A stretch of 32,000 nucleotides of DNA from Coprobacillaceae bacterium (GTDB lineage Bacteria > Bacillota_I > Bacilli_A > Erysipelotrichales > Coprobacillaceae): the NCBI GenBank assembly GCA_963675515.1, contig OY776328.1, positions 1,590,001 to 1,622,000 on the forward strand. The letters are read 5' to 3'. The translations under genes and the position numbers were made by a program. The notes below the pieces were generated by a model. That model had not been told where the DNA came from, searched no databases, and saw only the letters and a list, made by a program, of their open reading frames with translations. Every line of letters starts with the position of its first letter. Positions within the stretch are counted from its first letter, which is position 1. Shown here piece by piece: positions 25,748 through 32,000 of the stretch.

Positions 25748-26716
25748 ATGGAAGACAAGAATATCGCGTTACTTATCGATGCCGACAATATAAGCCCCAA
25801 ATACGTCAAAAGCGTATTTGACGAGCTGAATTCATATGGAACGGTTTCGATCCGCCGCATCTATGGCAACTGGAAAAAAAAGCAGGGATGGAATGAGGAG
25901 TTGCTTTTGGAATACTCGATCCAGCCAATCCAGCAGTTCGACTACACCAAGGGCAAGAACGCCACCGACATGGCAATGACCATCGATGCCATGGATGTTC
26001 TCTACCTCAACCAGGCTGACATTTTCTGCATCATTTCCAGCGACAGCGACTTCACCAAGCTGGCAATGCGCCTGCGCGAGTCGCAAAAGTATGTGATTGG
26101 GATGGGTGACTCGAAAACCCCAGTGGCGCTGACCAAGGCCTGCAACAAGTTCGTCTTCCTTGATCTGATCGTCTCTGATGACAATCAGGAAGATGAACAG
26201 GGCGTGGCTGCAACTAATTCAAAAAGCAAGAAGGTGACCAAGGAACCCGAGTCCAATGTCACTCCGCTTAGCCAGCTCGAGGAGGCAATCATCAACATGA
26301 TCCCCGAAACCGGGTCCGTCTCGCTAGGGGAAGTCGGATCCCGGCTCAACAAGCTGTTCTCGGATTTCGATGTCCGCAACTACGGCTACACGAAACTAAG
26401 TACCCTGTGCTACAAGGAGTTTGCCACAATCCATATCACCAAGCAGGATCTCAACTACTTTGTGTCGCTGCGCAGCGATGTCGATTTGGAAACAGTGACG
26501 GTGGTCATCACCGAATTCATTTACACAGCGGGAGGGAGCGTCGAGAACCTTTCGAAAATCCACGAATTCCTCAAGGACAAATACAAGAGCTTCAACATCA
26601 AGGATTACGGCTACAGCCGTTTCTCGAGTTTCCTGCGCTCCCTCGACGGGATTGTGGTCGAAGGAAACAAGGTCCGCCTGAAAACCAAAACCAAGAAGCG
26701 CAAGAGCGTGGCTTAA
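25748..26716 (+). CDS. NYN (LabA-like PIN-fold) ribonuclease domain protein with two C-terminal OST-HTH/LOTUS domains
   Basis: NYN acidic motifs: LLIDADNIS, GKNATDMAMTIDAM, IISSDSDFTKL. Two LOTUS-like repeats follow: ...VSLGEVGSRLNKLFSDFDVRNYGYTKLSTL... and ...LSKIHEFLKDKYKSFNIKDYGYSRFSSFL... Confidence 0.8.
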   Translation: MEDKNIALLIDADNISPKYVKSVFDELNSYGTVSIRRIYGNWKKKQGWNEELLLEYSIQPIQQFDYTKGKNATDMAMTIDAMDVLYLNQADIFCIISSDSDFTKLAMRLRESQKYVIGMGDSKTPVALTKACNKFVFLDLIVSDDNQEDEQGVAATNSKSKKVTKEPESNVTPLSQLEEAIINMIPETGSVSLGEVGSRLNKLFSDFDVRNYGYTKLSTLCYKEFATIHITKQDLNYFVSLRSDVDLETVTVVITEFIYTAGGSVENLSKIHEFLKDKYKSFNIKDYGYSRFSSFLRSLDGIVVEGNKVRLKTKTKKRKSVA

Positions 26717-26726
26717 ACAAAGAAAA

Positions 26727-26776
26727 AAGACTTGGACACCAACTGTGACAGTATGGATATTCAAGTCTTTTATTTG
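26727..26776. terminator. Possible bidirectional terminator between convergent genes
   Basis: AAGACTTG (26727..26734) pairs with CAAGTCTT (26762..26769). It is flanked by an A-run and TTATTT. The loop is long (27 nt). Confidence 0.4.
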
Positions 26777-26791
26777 TAGGGATTGAATCCT

Positions 26792-28264
26792 TTAGCTGGC
26801 GATGTCCAGGTCGTGATTGGCTCTTTCAAGCAGACCGACACAGTCATCACTCAGGTTTTTAAAAACAACTGATTTGCCAAGGTTCAGGTATTTTTGTTTG
26901 ACCTGTTCCAAAGCGACAACGGCCGAGTGGTCGTAGACCTTGCATGAGCTAAAATCAATGATTATCTGTTGGGGATCATTAATGGGATCGAATAGTTCGT
27001 TGAAGCTGTTGACCGAGGCGAAAAACAATGGTCCGCGCAGTTCGTACACCTTTGTTTTGGTAGTCTGGTAGTGTGTCGATGATTCGATCTTCTTGCCTTT
27101 TTCCCAGGCAAAGACAAGGGCGCTTATGATGATTCCGCTCACTACGGCAATCGCCAGGTTCGTCATGATGGTCACAACAGTAACCGATACGACAACCAGG
27201 GCATCTGATCTTGGGATCTGAGTGATCTTGACAAGCGAGGTCCAGTCGAATGTCGCGATGACCACAACAAACATTATGCCTACCAGCGCACCAATAGGAA
27301 TCAGGGCGATCAAAGGAGCCCCGAACAGGACGATGGCAATCAGTCCCAAAGCAGCCGTAACCCCGGAAATCCTTCCGGTGCCGTTAGACTTGATGTTGAG
27401 CATGCTCTGACCGATCATGGCACAGCCACCCATGCCTCCAAAAAGACCGCAGACGATGTTGCCAAGACCTTGCCCGATGCATTCTCGGTTGGTGTCACCT
27501 TTGGTGTTGGTGATGTCATCGATAAGCGTCAGGGTCATCAGTGATTCCGAAAGTCCGACGATCGCCATCATCAGCGAATATGGCAGGATGACCTTCAAGG
27601 TATCCAGGTTCAAAGGTACATTGAAAGTCGCCAGCTGGGGCAGGCCACCGGAAATGTCCGCGAGATCCCCGACTGTGCGGGTATCGATATGAAGGACTTG
27701 AACCAGGATAGTGCATGCGCCAATGGCTACCAATGTCGCCGGGATGGCCTTGGTAAGTTTCGGGAAAAGGTGGATTACAGCCATTGTAAAGGCAATCAGA
27801 CCGCCCATTATCAGCAGGGAACTTAAGTCGAGCCACTGCTCACCGACTTTGAAGTGTTCAAGCTGGGCTAGAAAGATTACGATGGCAAGACCATTGACGA
27901 AGCCGATCATAACCGGATGGGGAATCATCCTTACAAGCTTGCCCAACTTTGCCATGCCGGCAAGAACCTGGATAACACCCATAAGGATGACCGCCAGGAT
28001 CATGTATCCCACCCCGTGGCTGGCAACCAGTCCGGCCACAACGACGGCGATGGCTCCGGTGGCACCGGAAATCATTCCCGGACGGCCTCCGGCAACAGCG
28101 CAGACCAGGGAAATGAGAAATGCCGAAGTCAGACCGAGCACCGGATCAATCCCGGCGATGAAAGAAAAGGCGATCGCTTCGGGCACAAGGGCCAAAGCTA
28201 CCGTGATACCCGACAGGACATTGTCTTTTAATGAGCGGTCGAGTTTGGATTTTATTGAATTCAT
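26792..28264 (-). CDS. SulP-family anion transporter with C-terminal STAS domain
   Basis: The N-terminus is LSGITVALALVPEAIAFSFIAG...GGRPGMISGATGA. The C-terminus is YELRGPLFFASVNSF...IIDFSSCKVYDHSAV. SD is GGAGG. Confidence 0.85.
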   Translation of the reverse strand: MNSIKSKLDRSLKDNVLSGITVALALVPEAIAFSFIAGIDPVLGLTSAFLISLVCAVAGGRPGMISGATGAIAVVVAGLVASHGVGYMILAVILMGVIQVLAGMAKLGKLVRMIPHPVMIGFVNGLAIVIFLAQLEHFKVGEQWLDLSSLLIMGGLIAFTMAVIHLFPKLTKAIPATLVAIGACTILVQVLHIDTRTVGDLADISGGLPQLATFNVPLNLDTLKVILPYSLMMAIVGLSESLMTLTLIDDITNTKGDTNRECIGQGLGNIVCGLFGGMGGCAMIGQSMLNIKSNGTGRISGVTAALGLIAIVLFGAPLIALIPIGALVGIMFVVVIATFDWTSLVKITQIPRSDALVVVSVTVVTIMTNLAIAVVSGIIISALVFAWEKGKKIESSTHYQTTKTKVYELRGPLFFASVNSFNELFDPINDPQQIIIDFSSCKVYDHSAVVALEQVKQKYLNLGKSVVFKNLSDDCVGLLERANHDLDIAS

Positions 28265-28607
28265 GTGATACCTCCATAGTTATTAAAGCATTGATATTGA
28301 AGACGATAATGGGTAATACTTGTAAACAAGATACCACATAATCACATGATTGCCAAACTGTTTTCCATATATCGATAATTGTAACCATTTACATTTATTT
28401 TCTTCAGGATGGTCGGCTAATATTTACGGTTATGCATGAAAATACATTTGTAATTTAGGCAGTCGCAAAATTGCGGTATCCTAAGTGCAATTGCCCTGAT
28501 ATAATTGATGATATGAAATTGAACTTTTGAATAAGCTGTAAATACAACTAGATGATTTTGACAGTTAATAATGTGAAATTTGAATGAAAGAATTGGAGGA
28601 AAATTCA

Positions 28608-29252
28608 GTGAAAGTGATAGATCTCACTCACAAGATTGAAGAAAATATGCCGGTATATCCAGGGACGTTGCCACCGGTATTGGAGGAGGCAAACACCTAC
28701 GAAAGGGACGGTTTCAAGGAAACGAAGATTTCGATGTTCAGCCACACCGGTACGCATATGGATCCTCCGGCCCATATTTTTCCCGGCAGGATGACCCTGG
28801 ATCAGTTCCCGGTTGACCAGTTTATCGGAAAGGCTCTGGTGATCGATTGTCGCCATTTACGCGAGGGTGATACGATCACATTGGATGAGTTCAAGCCTTA
28901 TGGGTATAAGGTGGAGCGGGCTGAATTTCTCCTGTTCAACCTGGGCTGGGACAAAAGATGGGGCAGTGATGACTATTTCAAGGACTATCCCTGCCTCGAC
29001 GAACAGGTGATGGATTTCATATTGAAAAGTTCCTACAAGGGAATTGGTTTCGATGTTATCGGACTTGACCCCATCAATGATGACAACCTGACCCGGCACA
29101 AGAAGCTGTTCAAAGACAAGGAAATCGTCAACATTGAAAATCTCGCCAATCTCGACCAGTGCGGCAGTGATCTTGTCTGGTTTAGCTGCTTCCCTTTGAA
29201 AATCGATGATTGCGACGGCTCACCGATCAGGGCGGTCGCCTGGGTCGAGTAG
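28608..29252 (+). CDS. Cyclase-family protein (kynurenine formamidase-like, HxGTHxDxPxH motif)
   Basis: ORF 28584..29252. GTG 28608 follows GGAGGA. The sequence is VKVIDLTHKI...SMFSHTGTHMDPPAHIF. Confidence 0.8.
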   Translation: MKVIDLTHKIEENMPVYPGTLPPVLEEANTYERDGFKETKISMFSHTGTHMDPPAHIFPGRMTLDQFPVDQFIGKALVIDCRHLREGDTITLDEFKPYGYKVERAEFLLFNLGWDKRWGSDDYFKDYPCLDEQVMDFILKSSYKGIGFDVIGLDPINDDNLTRHKKLFKDKEIVNIENLANLDQCGSDLVWFSCFPLKIDDCDGSPIRAVAWVE

Positions 29253-29309
29253 CCAATTCTTGAATTGATCCTGCTCAATTACATAAGTGGCTTCAATCAT
29301 ATTATAAAA

Positions 29310-29364
29310 ACAGCACTTGGCCTTGTGGCTTGAGTGCTGTTTTTTTTTCATCAAGCCACAAGGC
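29310..29364. terminator. Bidirectional terminator made of two overlapping hairpins
   Basis: ACAGCACT (29310..29317) pairs with AGTGCTGT (29333..29340), flanked by A5 and T9. A second 13-bp perfect inverted repeat is GCCTTGTGGCTTG (29320..29332) / CAAGCCACAAGGC (29352..29364). Confidence 0.7.
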
Positions 29365-29415
29365 AGTTTGTGTTGCGGTAATGTTAAGCTTTGCGCAAAT
29401 TCGTCAGGATCAATC

Positions 29416-29856
29416 TTACAACAAAAGCAGTTCCCTGAAAATAAGGTCCATCTCCGGATAGCTTTTCTTGATCCGGATCGGTTTCTTGTTTACGTCGGTG
29501 AAACAATGATGCGACTGGCCCCGGGCACAAAGCGTCCCATCTTTGGCGTTGATCATCTCGTATTCGAAGGCGAACTTGACCCCGCTGTATTCATTCAGGC
29601 GCACCTTGATGATGATGTCGTCATTGAAAGTGGAAGGGACAATAAACTGGGCGGAAATGGAAACAACCGGCGAGATGACCCCACTTTCCTCCAGTTTGTC
29701 ATAACCGTAGCCGATCCGCTCGAGAAAGTCTATCCGGGCCTCCTCCATCCAGCGGAAGTAGTTGGAATGGTGGGTGATCCCCATCTTGTCGGTCTCATAG
29801 TATTTCACATTGTGGATGTAAGGCTCTTTTAAAGCCTGCAGCAGTTTTGTCTTCAT
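29416..29856 (-). CDS. Acyl-CoA thioesterase, YbgC/4HBT hotdog-fold family
   Basis: VKYYETDKMGITHHSNYFRWMEEARIDFL...; 146 aa. Confidence 0.8.
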   Translation of the reverse strand: MKTKLLQALKEPYIHNVKYYETDKMGITHHSNYFRWMEEARIDFLERIGYGYDKLEESGVISPVVSISAQFIVPSTFNDDIIIKVRLNEYSGVKFAFEYEMINAKDGTLCARGQSHHCFTDVNKKPIRIKKSYPEMDLIFRELLLL

Positions 29857-30033
29857 GGGATGCTCCTTTTTGTCTTTGTTGTAATTATACGCTCAAATAT
29901 TACCTTTTGCCAACAATCAATCACAAACATGGGAAGAAAAGGTTATCTTTAATCACCAATATTCAATAATTTACTGATTTGGCCTGGCGCGATTCGAAGA
30001 CTGATCAGGCCGTATACAAGGAGGGGAGCTTAT

Positions 30034-31130
30034 ATGAAAATAATCCATTGCGGGGATCTTCATCTCGATGCATAAACGGAGACCCATTTCAGTGTCGAAC
30101 AGGCACGGATGCGCCGCTATGAAATAATTAACACCTTTGAAAAAATGGTCGAATATGCATCTTCCAATGATGCCGGAGTGATACTTATCGCCGGGGACAT
30201 GTTTGATACAATCTCCACCTCGCAAAGGTGGATCAAGGACCGCATGGTATGAATCGCTGCAAGTCCGGATTGAAAACTTTGAAAATGCCAGGAAAACTGC
30301 GTTTCAAGCCGAAGAAACGCTGATAAAAATCTTTGGAAAATATTACGGCCCGATCTGTCAATAACGGAAGGCTACGATTTCGAAACCCTGGAAAGACAAC
30401 TGCGGGACATGTTCGATGAATTCGAATCCAGCCAGAACGCATATGAAACCGCAAAAGTAAGACTGGCCGAGTTTGAAGAGGTCAATGATGTGGCCAGCTT
30501 GGAAACGCTTATGGATATCGAAGGAAGTATCAACGATTTAAATGAAGAAATAACAACTGCAAAAATCGACCTGGCAGCCCAGCGGGAGAGCAAGATGAAG
30601 GCAATCGCGGTGCTTGAAAAACAAATATCCGACCTTGAACTATTCGGAGACAGCCTGGAGGACTGGCAGAGCCGACTCAAGAACCTGGATGAGGAAAAAA
30701 TGAGGCTGTCACGACCCATCTGTTGTTGGCAACCACATTCCAATTTCTTGAACAGGCAAAAGAGAATATGGCGGTCAAGTATACATCAACCATGAACCAA
30801 GCTTTCAAGAAGTATATGAAACTTCTCCAGGAATCCAATACGAAATTGTACCAGGTCTATATCAATATTGATGTCCGCTATTTCCAAGAAGGTCAACTCC
30901 GCGGGTTTCAACAGCTTGCCAAAGGGATGCAGGATCTGATGTCGATCTGCCTGAGACTCGCATTTGTCGAGGCAATCTATCAGGATGGAACAAGCCCGCT
31001 GCTAATTCTCGATGATCCATTCACCAATCTGGATGCCAGGCGCCTGGAGGGGGCCAAAATTATGATTGAGAAGATCAGCGAGGTCAACCAGGTTCTCTAT
31101 TTAATCTATAATGAAAGCCGGATGATTTAG
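30034..31130 (+). pseudogene. Decayed SbcD/SbcC-like (YhaO/YhaN-like) pair: metallophosphoesterase N-terminus joined to the coiled-coil and C-terminal ATPase part of an SMC/Rad50-like protein
   Basis: SD AAGGAGGGG + ATG 30034 gives MKIIHCGDLHLDA-TAA(30073..30075)-TETHFS...VILIAGDMFD (Mre11/SbcD motifs I and II) and stops at 30252. Coiled-coil text then continues in shifting frames. The end is ...LAKGMQDLMSICLRLAFVEAIY....PLLILDDPFTNLD (ABC signature-like motif plus Walker B), with the stop at 31130. Frameshifts lie near 30350 and 30691..30701. Confidence 0.75.
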
Positions 31131-31320
31131 ATGAATTCAGTGAGAACTGATACATGGCAGGGGTACAATGTTTGATACGGTGGTCCCTAAACTGATAGCA
31201 TGCCATAAGATATCGTTCTTTTCTGTTTTTGAATAATTTGTTTGGGGCACATACCCACGAAATAGGCGACTTTGAATAGGCCGCTTTTTTTCATTTACTT
31301 TGAAATTCGGCGAAACCCCT

Positions 31321-31334
31321 TGATAGCGCTTTGA
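31321..31334. promoter_or_regulatory. cre-like (CcpA) site upstream of the glucitol operon
   Basis: TGATAGCGCTTTGA matches the consensus TGTAAGCGCTTACA at about 10/14 positions and keeps the central GCGC. Confidence 0.25.
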
Positions 31335-31452
31335 TTTCACTTTCAGGGAAATTGTCCGTATTAAATAAAACGAATGAAAATGGTAAATTGTAATCAGCCA
31401 AGGAAAGTATAACCGGTTACATTCGGTTGATGGTTAAAAAGGAGGATCAGTT

Positions 31453-31902
31453 ATGAATCTAGTGCCATTGATTATTATTTTTGTTATTGCGTTCATGTTG
31501 CAGTATTTGTTTACTTTCATGCAGATTAAAAGCTTCAATAGCGCATACCGGTTATTGAAAAACCAAGGCAGGGTCGCAATCGGCTCCTATAAGGGCAGTT
31601 TCTTTGCAGGAGCCATCGTTATGTTCAGTGTCGGCGAAGATGGTGGAATCATAGAAGGCAAAATTATGCAGGGAGTAACTGTATTTGCCCGTTTCAAGTC
31701 ACTGAGCGGATTCGAGGGCTTGCCCATCGGGAACATCGATTCAAGATACTGCAAAAGCATCCGACTATCGCGCTCAATCACCAAAGCTGTTAGCGAAGCG
31801 GCTAACAATTATCAGATTTTCCAGGAAGGTGGCGAAATCCAGGAAAAACAAAGCGGTATAAGCAAGTTGTTTCAAAAGTTTACAAAAAAACAAATCGATT
31901 AA
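31453..31902 (+). CDS. gutM: Glucitol/sorbitol operon activator GutM
   Basis: N-terminal TM, then MQIKSFNSAYRLLKNQGRVAIGSYKGSFF...IMQGVTVFARF, as in GutM. SD is AAAGGAGGA. The next gene is srlA. Confidence 0.8.
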   Translation: MNLVPLIIIFVIAFMLQYLFTFMQIKSFNSAYRLLKNQGRVAIGSYKGSFFAGAIVMFSVGEDGGIIEGKIMQGVTVFARFKSLSGFEGLPIGNIDSRYCKSIRLSRSITKAVSEAANNYQIFQEGGEIQEKQSGISKLFQKFTKKQID

Positions 31903-31920
31903 TTTAAGGAGAAGAAGAAT

Positions 31921-32000
31921 ATGGAAATTTTAGTGGATTTGGCATCAGGTTTTATGGGTCTGTTCGATTCGGGTGCGGCAACATTCGCATCTTGGGTGGT
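31921..32000 (+). CDS. srlA: PTS glucitol/sorbitol-specific EIIC component, 5' end only (runs off window)
   Basis: MEILVDLASGFMGLFDSGAATFASWV parallels the E. coli SrlA N-terminus (..AEWFIGLFQKGGEVFTGMV). SD is AAGGAGAAG. It is not in the ORF track because the ORF is open-ended. Confidence 0.65.
   Translation, partial: MEILVDLASGFMGLFDSGAATFASWV

Noticed and set aside
27222-28268. Several plus-strand ORFs (27222..27410, 27417..27692, 27711..28268, 27917..28231)
   Set aside because: All are antisense shadows of the SulP transporter gene, which has GC-rich third positions. Their products are Pro/Arg/Thr-rich and nonsensical.
29317-29832. Plus-strand 171-aa ORF
   Set aside because: It is antisense to the well-supported hotdog thioesterase gene and begins within the terminator hairpins.
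29971-30743. Minus-strand ORFs 29971..30225, 30233..30454 and 30372..30743
   Set aside because: They are antisense to the SbcD/SbcC-like remnant, whose plus-strand reading carries recognisable motifs.
1-32000. Search for tRNA/rRNA genes, CRISPR arrays, IS elements, integrases, invertible-promoter inverted repeats and toxin-antitoxin or known defence gene signatures
   Set aside because: No regularly spaced direct repeats, T-loop-like GGTTCGAATCC contexts outside coding sequence, transposase or recombinase motifs were seen. No long (over 15 bp) inverted repeats flank the candidate glycan promoter. The only nuclease-ATPase-like genes are the decayed remnant at 30034..31130.

Overview
This is a Firmicutes-type chromosomal segment: it has strong AGGAGG-like Shine-Dalgarno (SD) sites, ChW wall-binding repeats and LCP ligases, and GC is mid-40s % by eye.

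Layout:
1. 1..1805 (-): a secreted CE4 polysaccharide deacetylase fused to a (DPDPVV)n linker and six ChW repeats. The ORF track misses it because the ORF is open at the window edge. Its SD-linked ATG is 1 nt out of frame with the signal peptide.
2. 1806..3223: an unusually long, AT-rich non-coding control region.
3. 3224..22829 (all +): a Wzx/Wzy-type cell-surface glycan locus in two modules, each ending in a paralogous LCP ligase gene.
   - Module 1: priming phosphoglycosyltransferase (PGT), split Alg14/Alg13-like glycosyltransferase (GT), GT2, FdtA/QdtA-type isomerase, DegT-type aminotransferase, Wzx, GNAT, Wzy, LCP.
   - Module 2: GT4, GT2, acyltransferase-3, GT2, LCP.
   - A self-contained two-gene rubredoxin / ferredoxin / rubrerythrin operon (14147..15990) with unusual domain fusions splits the two modules.
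4. 22999..29856: unrelated single-gene units, namely a ketopantoate-reductase-family protein, DUF2892, a YczE-like membrane protein, an NYN+2xLOTUS protein, a SulP transporter, a cyclase-family protein and a hotdog thioesterase.
5. 30034..31130: a decayed SbcD/SbcC (YhaO/YhaN)-like nuclease/ATPase remnant.
6. 31453..32000: the start of a glucitol PTS operon (gutM, then the 5' end of srlA).

I recognised no tRNA, rRNA, CRISPR array, IS element, transposase, integrase or canonical defence system. The most unusual items are the redox operon embedded between the paralogous LCP genes, the long structured control region upstream of the glycan locus, and the frame-disrupted CE4-ChW gene.

All family assignments come from reading motifs by eye. 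No database search was possible.
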